Made by a program: the position numbers and the translations under genes. A model generated the notes under the pieces. That model had not been told where the DNA came from, ran no database searches, and saw only the letters and a program-made list of their open reading frames with translations. DNA of 64,000 nucleotides from Dudresnaya verticillata (Eukaryota), in the NCBI GenBank assembly GCA_977862235.1, contig OZ374557.1:1178001-1242000 (forward strand), read 5' to 3'. Positions 26,021 to 41,039 of this stretch are shown in pieces. Every line of letters begins with the position of its first letter. Position 1 is the stretch's first letter.

Positions 26021-26379
26021 TACCGTACAGAATCAATACAGTTACCTAATTAAAATTGAATCAACTATTTGGCTCCGATTGGTGGGTGCCACAGGTTCCA
26101 GCAAGGTATACAGTTCTACTGTGCCGCTGCAATCCGATTCGGCTTTTTGCGCGAGCTCATCGGTGCGCCGGTCGCGAGTCGGTTCAACCGTCGTCGGGAC
26201 TCCACAACGGTCACTTCACCACAGACCTTCCTCCTTACATGCCGAAACGTCCTCGTTCGCCCCGTGAATTTCGCAGGCACTCCACTCAGGTGTACCGCGA
26301 CACATCTTCTGCAACACCAACTGGTTCCTCCTCACGCCGGTCTACTAACGCGTTGCTCTATTCCTGATTGCTTTTTGCG

Positions 26380-29120
26380 ATGGCGGCAACACTGACCGCG
26401 CGCGGGCCCCTCTTCAGCCGATGCGACATTCGCTCTACTGGGGAGGTTCCAGCAGCGGAGTCACAGGTTCAGGAAGAAGGCGCACCTACGAACACCTTAC
26501 CGGAGACCCCAACGGTATAGGCAGTGCTACGGCCACGCGTGGAGAGCCCGCGGGTTCTGCGACGTCGTGATCCGGGCGGCAAGCCAATAACGGGGACTCC
26601 GCGGCTGGATAGGCCAACGGCGCCAGATGCACATGATTCTGGTCCAGAGGCGTTTCACCGTAATGGAGTTCCATGAGGGCTATGGAACCTACTGGAAGGG
26701 CGCTGCGCCGGGTGCGGGAACGCCACATAGGTCGACTCCAGATGGGTTTTACGAGGCGTACGCGCCGGCGTCACTTTATGATCGAACGGAGGCGGGCTGC
26801 CCCCCACTCCACATGGGTGATGTTGACTCGCTGTCGGGTCCGCGCCCATACTCTCCGGGAGATTACCATGGGCATGCGGGTCCGACCGAGTACATCGAAG
26901 AGGTAACTTGTCCAGGGCGAGAGTACGGCCACCGCGCGGGTCGGCACCAGTGGACTGAAGAGGAGCGCGACATTGTTTCCCTCCCCATGCCCGTCTCGGT
27001 GTTTGTAATGAACTATGGCAGCACCCTCCAGGGTCGTCGCTATAATGCCATAACGGAGTCCAGCGGATTAATCAACAAAAAGTGGTTCCCAAACTGGCGG
27101 GAGGAGGTATGAAAATACCGCTAGATTCACTCCAATTGTAGGTTGAGGGCTCCAACTGGTTGTGATATGGTGTGAGTACGGTGTCGAGGAGCGGCAGGTT
27201 ATCCCGAAAACGTCTGCCGCTTTCTGGCTTCCGCATCGGCTACAGCATTTTTCGGTTGGTGTCAACTTTTTGTGTTATGGCAAAGCGTATTACCAAGGAG
27301 GGCACTGATTTGGCAATCCAAAGCGGTGTTCGGATGACACGTGGAGGGAACACCGATCCCGTTTGCGGGGTAGAGATGTGCGCCGCCTCGGGAGTGCGAT
27401 ACTCCATTCATGGAATACTGACGAGTTCTTCCAGGTATCCCCGGGGCCGCATCGCCGTCTCTACTTCACAGCTCCTGACTGCTGGGCTGAGTATGAAGTC
27501 ACTCGCTGGCTGTCCGTGCCAACTCCGACGGTGGTGGCCTACTTCTCCAAGCGATTCATCCAGCATCCCGACTGGAATGCTACACACCCAAGCGGAGAAA
27601 AGTCACTCGACCATCCACAAATTTCCATATTGGGGTTGGTACTCCACTCGGAGCGGGTCATGATTTTCCTCTTCTCTTGGTTGCAGACCATCTGCCGGGG
27701 TGTACGGACCAATACGAAAATGACCGATTGGGGTGCATACCAGCGAAATACAACCGATCCGGAGGATGGAAATTGTGGTCGCATCTTCGAACTGCACGGT
27801 CCGGTCGTTTCAATCATACACCAAGTTGGAGTGGGTGAGCTAGTAGAGGGGACTGAATATCCACTGGAGCACGTGGAGCGATTAGTCGCCATTCATACGA
27901 ACACCAGCTGGAATAAGACCCCGGGATTCATCGGCTACCATTGGGAGGAGGACCGGGTATCTTCGGCTCCCCCTCTCCACCCCGGATGTGGTATGACATA
28001 CTTCCTGTCCGTAGAAGACCCCATCCAGTGTGGTTGATCGATGAGCAAATGGTCAGCTGGTATGAGATGCGGTCCCGCTCAAGGCATTATCCCGTCACGG
28101 AAGGGCCACTGAGAAATCTGCCACCCTCGCGAGTGGGGCATACCATCTGGAGTGCGCGAGCGTGTGAAGAGCCCCCTACTGGAAGACGCCACACCTGTTG
28201 GAGTTATTGAGGCCGAGCCGGGGCGGGAAGACCCGAGGGTCTTAGTGCCCCGCGAGGCTCCAAAAGTTGAAGTGTTCAAGAGGTTGGGTGATCGTGCCAC
28301 TGCATCCCGGAAGACGTCCGCAGCGATGTATCCAAACGGAACAGATGCTAAGTGACAAGAGGCTACGCCGCCGCCAGCGGGACCTCTGATACCTACAGCT
28401 TGGCCTAGGCGGGTTACAACGACCATGCCGAGGGTTGGGAAGGCAGTTACTCCATCACGGGTGGTGCCAAAGGCAACTAGCGAGGAGATCAAGCCAGCGG
28501 CGCAAGCGGCCAAACCTCGAAGCTGGGGCCAATCGGCAACCCAGAAGACTCTGATGCATAAATGGGCAGCACGCTTGTGGTTGCGAGCAAGTCGGCTACA
28601 ATGTTGGAGGTGAACCCGCCGCCTACGCCGAAGGTGGCTACACCAAAACGGAGCGGAGTGGTCGAGCCGACGTCACCTGAGCCGAATGACGCCGTGGTCT
28701 GCGTCACATGCTTGGCTCCAACTGGTGTCGCAACACGTGATGCCAATCCGTGACTGTTAAAAAAGAGAAGGGCACCGATGCCGAGATGGCCGCTTGGTCC
28801 AAGGTGTATTTGTGCATGGACGCCGTTGCGCTACAGAGCTACAGAAGCTCCGCAACGGGTGTAGAGAAGCCGTTCTTCTCTTACCCGTGTCGGCTAATAG
28901 GGCCATTACCTTCGCGGTGACATGGGTTGGGTGTTTTGCGCGCCTTCGGCGCACGATTCGCGTCTTGCGTCGCCGTATGACCGACGGCTGCATGAAGCTC
29001 ACCATGCTGACGACTAAGGTGTATGGTGAAGATATCCCTGAGATGGATCCGGACACCGCGAGGGATGAGGACATGGAAGTTGGCCCAGCACCTTCGGCGA
29101 AGCGTCAGCGCTACGCGTAA
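26380..29120 (+). pseudogene. Decayed homolog of the Gypsy antisense accessory ORF
   Basis: ORF pieces 26627-27112, 27240-28037 (one in-frame stop) and Pro/Ala/Thr-rich tail; about 100 aa align without gaps to ORF 41040-42551. Confidence 0.6.
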
Positions 29121-29905
29121 TTGCGATTGGTGCCACTTGTAAATAATAGACCTTGGAAGTACGACAGAATCATTTATTTGCAGACGGGGCATTTCGCACG
29201 CCGGCGGTGTGTGCGTTCTGGCGCGCGCTCGCGCCGCCGCTCGGCAGACGGCGCTGGTACAGTATTTATGATCAAGCGGCCCGCTGTTTGCCCCCCTCCC
29301 CCGCGCCGCTCACGCTCCACAACGCTTCTCTCTAAGAGCCCATCGCCTCGCTTTTTCTCTGCTCTGGGCAGTTACTTCGCTCGTCCTTTTGCGCTGTGCC
29401 CTCCCGCAGGCTTCCTCAGCCCGCGTATATCACAGCGTGCTACATCGCGCTTGGCTTGTGCGTCTTTCGTCTCGACTACATCGCAGCGCGACATCGCGTA
29501 TCAGGCCGGTCGTCGAGCTTTCTCGTCAGCGTGGACAGGCACCCCGTTGCAGAGCCGAAAGCATTTTCGGGAGGTGAAGCGTTTGTTTGGTTTGTGACAG
29601 TCCGCTGCTCCGGCTGTATCCCATTTGTACGGTAGACCCGCACAAGAACACCACGCAATGGCTACTCACTCGGCGTCGGGTACTCTTGTACCTGCTTCCA
29701 AGGATTCGGAGAAGGAGTACCGATCCCTTTTCACCTTGTCTTTCACATATATCTTGTACATGAGCCTTCCAGCTATGAAAAGGATACTAGGGGTGTACCC
29801 GAATCCGTACGTCCGAAAACAACCCCCAGTTCCAGAGAGGCCTGCACTGCTCATCTTTCGGGTCTGCGGGAGCAGCTCGGCTGTGCGCCACAAGTTGCGA
29901 ACCCC

Positions 29906-30481
29906 ATGTCGGACGAAGATTATTATAAGGAGCGGTTGGACATGTCAGATTCCGATCTCATGGCACTTGGTCAAAACGACTCTGCGGCTCTGTTGGAAAT
30001 TATGAAGGCCACTTTCCGTCACGATCAGGAGCTGTCACCACCGCTCAATGATCCCATCAACTTGGACAATTTGACTGCCATCGCGCTGGCCTGGAAATGT
30101 CATGCTTCGCAACACGAAGTCTCCAGATTAAAAGAGATGAATCGCACCGCCGCGGTTTCGGCCCCACCGGCTTCTAGTGGTACGAAGGGGCGCACAGGCT
30201 GCACGAATGATGGTAATCCACTTCTGCATGGGCCACCCTCTCAGGATCAGGAGATGACTCAGTCCGTGTTTGATATTCTTCGAGCAGGCGTCGGGGCCAA
30301 TCCCCCTCAAGCGTTTCGAGCAGGTGACGAAGACTTGGTGCGCCCAATTCAGTACCGAAGGGTCGTTACTATTGGTGGAGTTCCTGTGAGGGCGTCTACA
30401 GATGCCGCTACTGGAATGCGGGGTCTCGGGGCTCCTTTGGCTGGCTCCGACCAGCATTTTCGTTCTACCCCCGGTCGATAA
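29906..30481 (+). pseudogene. Unidentified ORF fragment (191 aa)
   Basis: Protein-like composition; no motif recognised; downstream sequence broken by stops. Confidence 0.25.
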
Positions 30482-30925
30482 CGCATGGCGTCCCCTCAAG
30501 AGCTATGCGTCTATCCCGGACGGGTCATCTGAGTGCGATGTGCAGAAGGCCTCTGGTTGCTACGCTAGTGCGAACGTTTTTGCTCTGGATGCGGCTCGGA
30601 AAAGCGGACGGACATCTCTGATTCTTCAGGAGTCCGTTTGGGTTTAATTGCAATTAATTGCCACCCTCGCTCCACTGTCTATTGCAGTCCTGGATCGGAA
30701 AATATGGCCGACAGTCGTTTGCGTTGACGCCTCGTTACAAACTGGAGCGATAACGTGAGGTGCAACAATTCCCCGGGACATATGGGATCTAGTAGTTAGC
30801 TTTGAGAAACACAAGAGCGCTGTGTTGGCACTCAACAAAGACCACTCGGGAGCACGGTTTCCGCACGCCAAGGGTGCATATGAAGGAGCCAAGAGTGATG
30901 CTTGTCAAGCATTTAAGCTCCTAAA

Positions 30926-31546
30926 CCTACGCTGTAATGTACGTGCCTGTAATGCTGCGAGTGTTCGCATTGCTGGCTCGGATTCGGATGGGGATCAGGA
31001 TCGGACAAGTATCGGATTAGATCAAGGGCGCACGCTCTACAGTACGCGCGCGCACGGCTGTAAGGCGCACGCGTCCACGTGTGTGTGTCAGCGCCCACGC
31101 AGGGGGTTGCGCGGCAACCTGTCAGGCGTGCGGCTGCATACGATGGGTGTCTGTCAGACGCGCCTCGGGACGACACGTGTCCCTACATCCCGCGCTGCAC
31201 ACCCGCGTCGCCGCCGCCACACCGTCGTGCTATACTTAGGTAAGCCGTCCCAGGCGTAGCAGTAAACGCCCGGGCAAGCCGGCCTTGGTCCAGACTTCCC
31301 CGTTCCGCACGCGCGTACCCTTCGCTACCGCTGCCCACGGCCTAAGCGTCTAATCCCGTGCTTCCACGTCCATTAACGTCGCAGACGTGCTTCCCTTTTG
31401 TTTCCTTTGTTTCCCATTCTTCTGCCCTGGGCGTTTAAAGTCCGCCCCTGGCGTGTCCTAATCTCTACCATCTACCGGCTCTAGACGTGCTATCCACCGG
31501 ACTCCCGAACGGTCCGGAGATGCCCGTCAACGACGTTTGCACCACA
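30926..31546 (+). repeat. 5' LTR of D, lacking about 206 bp at its 5' end
   Basis: Aligns with 44191-44812; ends TTTGCACCACA. Confidence 0.92.
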
Positions 31547-31626
31547 TCTGGTCTCCCGACCTATAAGAGTTCTACGCTACAACGCGTTCTGCCATCGCGT
31601 GACGTCCGATAACCCGTCGTCTGACG

Positions 31627-34248
31627 TTGCCGCTAATCGTCCGCGACGTTTACGCAGATCTACGATTGTTTAATGGCCTCCAGACCACCGACGGTCCGAG
31701 GCCCAAATTCAAGACGACCGTCATCGACTTCTGGAAGCATTCCCGCGTCGGAACGGTCGCACCCACCAATAAAAACAAGATCGGGGCGCCTCGTGAGCCC
31801 GGAGATTGTGTCGGCCTTCCCGACGCCACCCCGGGCCACGACCACGCAGGCTCCCACGCGTCGCTTAACGGAGGAGAGTTACCTCCCCCGCCGATGCGCA
31901 TTCCCGTTGCCGTCCGCACCTCAGTCCCCGAGGGATCGGCCCTCCGCACCTACCGCTCCTACGTTTACTCGGCTGATACTGTACAAGCCAAGCAACAGCG
32001 CTTCGTAGGCGGAAGCCAAGCCGACATCGTCGAGGAAAAACTGGAACGTCCGGACCAACCAACCATCCCCGTCAGCAACGATCAGGAGCACTACGCGGAG
32101 CGCAACGTCGCTGACGACCCATTGACACCTAGGGCATGCTGCCCCACTCCCCACGGCAGTGCCGGTTGTTCACCGGCTAAGCCGAAGTCGCCAAGCAAAA
32201 GGGCTGCAGGAACGCCCAACCGGTCAACCCCCGAAAGCCATCCGCCAACGGCGTCACCCTCGGCCGTCCGCATGAGTAACTTAACGATACCACGCGAACG
32301 GGTCCGACAGGTATGCGTCCTGGAAGACGATTCTTTGCTCGCTAGGGTCTCCGGTTTGCTAGACGATAGTGTCGGAGGAATCGCAAGTCGTCTACAGACG
32401 TTGGAAGAAGATCGGGAAGACGCCCTACAAGGGCTTCGCTCCGATCTTGACCGTCTACTGACGAACCAAAACGCCCATGGGGAGGGTACCCAACCACCAC
32501 CGGCAGTAACGGTCCATTCGCACTCTGCGCTTAGCTCACGCGAACGCTTTCAGCGACTGGCGACCCGCTTAGAGCGTCTTGAAACCGCCAAGTGGCGCAA
32601 CGGTCCACCTTCGGGCGACGAGAGCTCGTGCGAAGACCGTCACAGACGCAAGGATCGGAAGAGACGCCGCCGCAAGCTGCGTCATAGACAGAAGAAGAAC
32701 CGTCATCGACGTGGGGACTCATCCTCGTCCTTTTCGGAGTCATCAAGTGATGGAGAGAGAAGTGACGGAGAGTCATCTGACTCTTCGTCTGAAGAGGACG
32801 ACTTCCCAGCTCTCGGCAGTGCCGCAAGACCTCGCGGAAAGCGGTTCAAGGGGTTGAAGGAACTACGCCCTTCCAACCCCATTTTCGATCAGTTACTATC
32901 GTATAGGACTTATCGTCTCCAAAACGTAGGGCAGAAACGCTCAGGGCGTGACACGGGTAAAGTCAAGCACCATATTAAGCGCCTCGAGCTGACCATGAAG
33001 GACACCGCCATCAACGGCAGCGACCCCGTCATGGTCCTGGAGTTCCAAACGCGATTCGCGGATGAGGCCGATACGCTGTAAATGAGCGATGCCCAAGCGT
33101 TTGTCGCGCTGCCGTACGTCTTGCGAGGTACTGCAGCCACGCAATTCCGCTCCGTCCAGTCGACGTCTTCACGCCATCGCGGCGGGGTGTCCTCGTATCC
33201 GGAGGCGGTACAGTACCTCCTCCGTACGTATGCTACACCAGCGGCGATCAGGGACGCTGTCCTCGCCCTACGGTCGACCGTCCAGAAGCAAGGCGAGGAC
33301 GAGACGACCTATGGGATGCGGGTAGCCGGTGCGTATATCCGTTGCGGTAACGTATATCCCGATTGGGAAAAGATGACGCTGTACATCGACGGCTTGGACC
33401 CGTCGATCAGGTCCCTGGTCGCCCGCTTCCGAGAAGAAATGCCAAATGCGGAATTTTCATTTGAGCGGCTGATCCACTTCGCGCAGGACGAAGGGGATGC
33501 CAACCGCGTACGACACGGCAGGGCCGTCTCCGCGTCAACAAGACGTGACATACTGGCGCCGGCTCAAGGCGCACGCGCGTCACGGCCCGCCGTCGGCGAT
33601 GCCCGAGGTGTACCTCGTCCACAAACGAGAGGCGTAAAGCCTGGAGCGCGCGCTATGATAGCGGAGTCCTCCGTCGAATTCCGAGACGTTAGCCGCCCTG
33701 TCGATGACATGGAAACACTCGCTGATGGCGATCTCTACTTGGCAGATGAGCAAGTGTCGGTGCCAGCTTCGGCTCTACAGACGGACAGCTACGTCGAGGA
33801 CGAAGAAACAAGGGGCATGGATCCCGCTCTCGCCTTTGGGCGCTCGTTCGTACCCGCGCCATGCGTTCCATATTCCGAGTATGCCCCACACGTTCACCGG
33901 GTAAGACCCGGATGGCAGGACAGAGGTCCGCCCTGTCAAGACGCGCGTCGGCAGCTGGTATGCCACCAATGTTACGCTCGCGGGCATATCGCGCCGGACT
34001 GCTTGCTCCCCATGAGCGACTTCATGAAGGTTATTACCAACTATGAAGGACTAACCGAGGCCGAGAAGGCTGGTTTCCCCGCTGATGCGTATGTCAGTTG
34101 CAAGCAACGCGCGACCCGCGACGTTGCCCGCCGTGCTGCACGACCGCAATCGCCACGAGGCGGACCCATGCCGCACGCGGCAGAACGTCATCCGACGATG
34201 ATCAATCGCTATGTAGCGCCACAACCACCGCCGCGGGCGAAAACCTAA
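31627..34248 (+). pseudogene. Gag of D (in-frame TAA at 33079-33081)
   Basis: Consecutive same-frame ORFs; CHQCYARGHIAPDC. Confidence 0.92.
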
Positions 34249-34393
34249 CTTGGGCACCGCATCATGACAATGGGGTGTCGCACCGTGAAGAGAGGCCTAG
34301 GCCTCGGGTGCTGACACGGAAGGAGGGCCCGAAGTTAGTTACTGATGACGCCAGCGGGCGGATAGAGTCGTCACAGACGTCATTAAAACGTCC

Positions 34394-37300
34394 ATGGCGA
34401 AGGTACCAGCTCCCCAGGCACGGGGACAGTTGTTCATAATGGCTAAGAGGAACTACAAGGTGTACGGCGACTCGGGCGCAACCGTTAGTACCTTGGCACG
34501 TAAACTCACTGTCCTCGACACGGGGGCTGGTCCGAATTTCATTCGCATTGACGACATTCCGCTGGAAGCGCGATCACGTATCGTGGCTTTGAGCCTCCCC
34601 GTCATAGCCGACGCCAACAATAAGGCCATCTAGACAAGAGGCACCATCGACCTGGTCGTTCGTCTAGGACGGAGAGTCGTCAAGTTGGAACTGATCGTTT
34701 GCGAACGACTCGCTGCGCCGGTACTCGGCTGCTGCGACTTTTGCGACCGCTTCGTCGAAGCAATATACCCGCTAAGTCGCGAGGTTGAATTCGATGACGG
34801 GACTCGTGTCCCTATAACGCGCCGCCCGCTGCGCCGACCCCCGACCCCCGTCGTATCCTCGGTTACCAACGGAACAGGAATACGGCAAGACCGAAGGGAG
34901 GACGTCGCCCAAGATACGAGTAACAGAGCGTGCGATCATCCCGCCTAAGGCGCAGCAATGGGTATCGGTGACCACTGGGCGCGCCGGTGGCATCACAATT
35001 CAACCGTTCTAAACGCTGTACGACAAACAAGGTCTGGCCGTTACGAACGGGATTGCTCAAATCGAGCCGCTAAAAGCGTTTCGCATTTTGGTTGCCAACT
35101 TCTCTCCCCGTCCGCAGGCGCTGGCCAAGGGCCAAGTCGTCGCGACGGCGTTACCACATCCGACAGCAGTGTTACCCAGTCACGTAAGTCTAGCCGATGT
35201 TTTGGGCCTCACAGAGGAACAGGCCGAGGAAGAGAAGGCGAACCAAGATTTCCGTTTTCCAACGAACGATGATACTACGGCACAGCCGGATACTTTCACG
35301 AAGTCTATCGAGACAACCACTGCCAAGCCTCCGTCAGTAGACGATTTAGACCTGGGACATCTCCCCGCCGAGCATCAAGGCCGGGTTAAGGAGATGTTAC
35401 GCAACTATTCGTCTATGTGGGACGGTTCGTTGGAAGAAATCTCAACCACGGAGCACTACATCGACTTGCTTCCCGGCTCTAGACCGATATCTTCCCCGCC
35501 CTACCGAGCGGGGCCGAAGCAAAGACAACTCGCTCAAGCGGAAGTGGGCCGCATGCTGCGTCAAGGGGTTATCGAACCCGCACAATCGCTGTGGGCGTCA
35601 CCAGTGGTCTTCGCCCCCAAGAAGGACGGGACCCTCCGCTTTTGCGTAGACTACCGTCGTTTAAACGCAGTAACCGTACGAGACACGTACCCGCTGACGC
35701 GTATCGACGAATGCATCGACAGTCTAGGGGAAGCAGATGTGTTCACCACCATAGACTGTAACAGTGGGTACTGGCAAGTGCTGATCAATCCGCGAGACCG
35801 CGATAAGACTGCGTTCACGTGCCACGCCGGACTGTTCCGCTATAAGCGTATGCCATTCGGTCTCACGAACGCACCCGCTACGTTTCAACGAACGTTGGAC
35901 ATACTACTCGCTGGTTACAAGTTGCGTTCGTGCCTCGTCTACCTCGATGACGTAATAATCTTCTCCAGTGACATCGACAGTCACTTCCGTCATGTTGACG
36001 AGATCCTTTCGACATTGCACCGTGCCAGGGTGACTCTGAAGTTGACCAAGTGTGACTTCTTCACCCCGACTGTCAACTACTTAGGAAACGTCATACGTCC
36101 AGGACGGCTAGAAGTTGACCGAACTGTCACTGCCGCGCTACGCGAAGCCAAGCATCCACGGGATCAGGAGGCGCTACGGAGCTTCCTCGGTCTTTGTAAC
36201 GTCTACAGACGGTTCGTGTCGCGATACGCGCATGTCGCTGCCCCCTCAACAAGTTACTGAGGAAGGAACAAGACTTGCGGTTACAACCGTTCAATGAGAC
36301 ACAAGCTAAACCGTTCAGTACGCTCGTCGAGGCCGTGACTCATCCGCCTATCCTGGCGCTACCACAGCAGGGTCTCCCCTATTCCGTCGATTGTGACGCA
36401 AGCGAGTATCAAGTCGGCTGCGCTCTCTTTCAAACACAGCCCGACGGAGAACGGAAGCCACTCGGCTTCTGGTCTCGTTCGCTCACCGCTACAGAGCCTA
36501 ACTACTCGGTCTCCGAAAAGGAGTGCCTCGCAGTAGTATGGTCCGTCATGACGCTGCGACCTTACCTCCAGATGGAGTCATTCACCGTTCATACGGACCA
36601 TTCGTCAATGAGGTGCCTGATGGAAATCAGCGACCCCTCTGGGCGGTTAATGGGGCGGTGGCTTCGCATTTCCTAGTTCGATTTCGTCGTGAAATACAAA
36701 AAGGGGTACCTGAATACATAGGCAGATGCCCTTTCGCGTCTACAGCCGAAGGGGAAACCGTCGAACCTATTGACGATGATATACCATGTTGGCACGGAAG
36801 CTACGTCGAAGACGGCCATCAAACGTCACAAGACAAGACGACCTGTCAGACGCCAAAGGCGAGGTCGACTTCTCCGAACGAGAGTTCGAAGAGTTCGACC
36901 AAGTGTTGATCAACAACACGCCGCCAGCGGATGAGGTAATCCTTCGTCAAATGACGCATGAAGAGTTGGTACACGCCCAAGGCAATGACCAATACTGTAA
37001 CGAAATCATGAAGCGTCTGGACGACGGAAGCGGCTTACCGTTCGCAAAGGATGAAGAAGGACTGTTGGTCCGAATAGTGGAAGTCCGCCCGCAAGTGGTC
37101 GTACCCTCCGCGTTACGCGCTCGCTTACTCCACCTCCGGGACCAGGCCAAGTGGGCAGGGCACCCAGGGGTCGTAAGTTGTATCATACGCTTCGACGCGA
37201 ATACTATTGACTATCGATTCCAGTTGACTGTTATGCCACCGTCCGCAACTGCGTAACCTGCGTTAAGAATCGCGTATTGTTGCGAAAGGACACCAAGAAA

Positions 37301-38970
37301 TTGAAGTTGTTCCCCGCAACCGAGCCTCTCGAGTTCGTATCGATCGACATCCTGGGCGAACGCATACGCACGAAGCGAGGAAAACAATTCCTACTTGTCA
37401 TTGTGGACCGCTTCTCGAAGCTGGTCCGGACGGTTCCAATACGTAGTATTACGGAATTGGAAATCGCTAAGGCGTTTGTACGACATTGGGTCTTCGTGTA
37501 CGGGCCCCCAAGAAACTGTTGTCCGACAACGGACCACAGTTTGTGGCTAAGTTGTTTCAGGATATCTGCCGTCCTTTGGGAGTGGAGAATCTCTTCACCA
37601 CGACGTATCACCCGCAATGCAACGGCCGGGTAGAACGATTCAATCGAACTATCCTGGCCTCGCTGCGTCACTACGTTGCGGATCATCCGAGAGACTGGGA
37701 CCTGTTCACGGATGCCTTGACGTTCGCATTCAATAAACAGTTGCATTTGTCTACGCATCTCGCTCCGTTTGAAGTGGTGCTGTCTAAGCCACCAGGGACA
37801 TTGTCGCTCGAAGCGGAACCGTCGCTCGAAAGCGTACCCACCGCGGGACAATAATACACCAAGTGGCGAACCTGGCTGGCCGCACTGATGGGAACCGCTA
37901 AAGCGTCGTTATAGAAACCTCAAGCACGTTGCAAACGGAATTTCGATGCCCAATTAAGGAAATCGAAGGAAGCAATCGCCGTAGGCGACTTCGTATTCGT
38001 ACGTAAGGAATACTTCGCCCGAGGCGGGAGCACGGATCGCGCAGAGCGTAAGCATAAGCTGGCACCAGTGGCGGACGGACCATACCGGGTAACCCACGTT
38101 GACAACGAGACGGTAACCGTCGACAAGGGACGTGATGAGCGGGAACGTTTGTCCCGAGACCGCGTGGTCTGGGCGCCGACCCCACCGGGTCAGGCAGTCC
38201 CTCCAATCGTCGTACCACCAGGCCCGCCGGAGGAGCAAGAAGCAGTCGCCCCCACGTCACAAGACGAAGGGACGACTACCCCAAGCACGCCACCAGCGGA
38301 CCCGGAGGGGGACGCAGAGACTTCGCATACTGTGGGAGATCCGCAAGAGCGTACGCTCACAGCGTCACGCAGTCGTGGGTTGGCAGAGCTTTCGCCCTTC
38401 GCCGCCGATCCCGACGACCGCGCTTCGCAATCCGTCTCCAACGACGACAATACCCCAGGGGTTCGCACCCGTTTGGAACACGTTGCTACGGCACTGTCGA
38501 ATGATAACAATGACTCCGCTGAAAGCGCGTCCGATAACGAGAACGTTAACCGTACACGCACGAAGCAAGGCGCTGCAAGCGATGGAATCGTCCTAAGACG
38601 CAGCAAACCAGTGACCGCTGAACGAGCGTCCGAGGCCCAAAGTCAGTGCCCTTGGCGATCAACCCGTCGAGTACGCTTGGCTGAACCGGTACAGACGCCC
38701 GTCACGCAACGAGACGAACCGCCAAAGGCGCTGGAAGGGCCCACGTCCAAGCCGATCGCTGTGAGCGGGAAATAATGCGTTATTGAACGCATCGAGTCGC
38801 ACGCGTACGCGGATGATGATGAGATCCTGTACCGCGTCAAGTGGTTTGGATACCCCGCTTCAGCGAACACCTGGGAGCCAGTCTCCAGTTTGCCGCGACC
38901 CCAGGTCACACGGTAGCACCGTCGAAAACGTACGCACCTACCGCCAAACATCGACGACGCGCAGCGCGGC
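34394..38970 (+). pseudogene. Pol of D: PR-RT-RH-IN-chromodomain with multiple stops and frameshifts
   Basis: LDTGAGPNFI, YLDD, DCDASEY, SDNGPQF, DGPYRV, YRVKWFGYPASANTWEP (~38780-38895). Confidence 0.95.
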
Positions 38971-41039
38971 TAACACTAATCCGGAAAAACCGCTGGAAGC
39001 GAATAGACAGACGATCGAGACCGCGTGCCCGAGCTACGGTCGCCAATGGCGCGGAAGCCCAACCAATGGCCTGCAGACGCGGTCGCAACAGCGGTAGCGA
39101 CGAACACGTGTGCACGCCATGGACAGACGTGGACGCAAGTCGTCGCGTCATAGAGAGCCATGCACACGGGCACCTCACAGCGGCCACCATACAGGACCCC
39201 TGGATGGGTGTGCGGTGGACAGTGGATCCAGATCGCAAATCGAGATCCGCCGTCCGTGCCCCTCAAGTAATAGGAGCGAAACTCAATTGGACAATTTTTA
39301 ACTTGCAAACACGGCAGCGCGCACCACCCAGCAGTCAACGCGCGACGAACGCAATCATGCTAAGTGGCTGAGCAGGTGCTACGAGCACCAGCGACGACAG
39401 GCGCAAGTGGCAGCGCGCAACAACCGTCTCCGACGTCAAGATGCCCACTCGCACTGCGGCCAGGTCCCTGGGACCGTCACCCTGCTGGCCACGGCCTCGC
39501 GCGAAAGCACACGTTGAACGTCTCCGACGTAACTCACCGAAAAGGGGCGCACCGAAAAACCCACCGACAAAGGGGGGAAAGGTGGTTGAAGACGCAGTTA
39601 CCGTGGGTTCCGTGCACGACGCGCCAATAAATCGCGCAATGACTCCGCCGCTGCCTACGGCCGCCGCGGCCACAGTCGCGCGATGGCGACCATTCCCTTC
39701 TCTGCCCCCAAAGAGGAACCTCAAAGACAAAAGGAGCAGCAAGGCCAAGGCTTCGAACCACCTACCTCACCGCCTTCGCGACCTTCGTCCAGGACGCCGA
39801 CAAAAACAATACCCCGTAATAGCGACGACGTGAGGGGCACAGGGGCTCAACCCAGCCCCACCTACGCGCAAACACGCCCAAGGCGCAGTGCGACACACGC
39901 ACTACAAAAGCGCTAAGTCATCGGAACCGGGTCCTCCCGAACAGCGTCCCCCGACGAATAAGACAATAACGTCGCACAACGAGAAGCGAGATACGCCAAT
40001 CACCGCATGTGAAACACGAAGAACAACGTTACTACAGCGGACTCTACCAGCCAAACGCAGCCGAAACGCAACGCGCGGCTAAGGCTAATGGCATCAAACG
40101 CCAACGCTACTGTAGCGGGGAATCAAGAACACGACGCAAAGTCGAAGTGGGGCCACAGGTTACACCCTAAGGCCAACGCGAAGCCCGACACGGAAAGACG
40201 CTGACAATGGCCGAAGTTTACTGGGCTAAAAACAAATGGGGACAACCCCTCGCCCTCGCGATCGACCACTACAGCTACATTAATCATCAAAGACGAAGGG
40301 GAATACCCCGCTCATCAGTCCCGCAAGGGAGCCGAAGGGCAACACAATACGCACCCTCGCGTCCGCTATCCGTTCCTGAAACGACATCAAGACTCTTTCG
40401 TCGCAAACGAATCGGCTGGCATATCCTCAGTAGCGCCCTCGGCGGACTCACGAAACGCCTCTTCGTGGAGGTCGTCCTCCGTCCTCGACGGTACACTCAC
40501 GGCAGGAGCAGGGGCGGACCGTAAAGGCCTTGCAATTTCAACTGCTGAAGTGACCGCAACAGGCGGCGCAGAAGAAAGGGGCGACCTACCAACCGCCTTT
40601 GGCGTCGTCGCGACAATATCCGCCACAGGCGATGAAGCAACAACACGCGCCATAGGCGCAGAGCTAAAGCTATCATTCGCCTTAGGCGCAGGCCCAGCCC
40701 CATCGGCTTTAGGCGCAGTCAACGACTCATCAACCGCCTTTGGCGTAAGTTCAGAAACCGCCTCGATCGGCGTCGCACCTTCACTCGCCTTCGGCGTTGT
40801 TATCTCTACACTCCTCACTGACGCAAGAGCACCTGGCCCCTTCTGAGCCGTCGACGACGCTATAGCAGCATTTGCTTCGCTCGCCGCAGGCGGTAGGTTC
40901 ATACTCACGTCTTTAGACGCTGGAACATTCGGCTAGGCGACAGCGGCTTTTCTGCCACACCGTCGTTCAACGCGGAGCCTACGACAATAGTCGATTTTGG
41001 CGCGGACCCACCCTGAGGCGGAACCGCAGCCGACAAAGA

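Noticed and set aside
34230..34260. Programmed gag-pol frameshift site
   Set aside because: The A-rich junction differs between A and D and is degenerate, so no slippery heptamer can be supported
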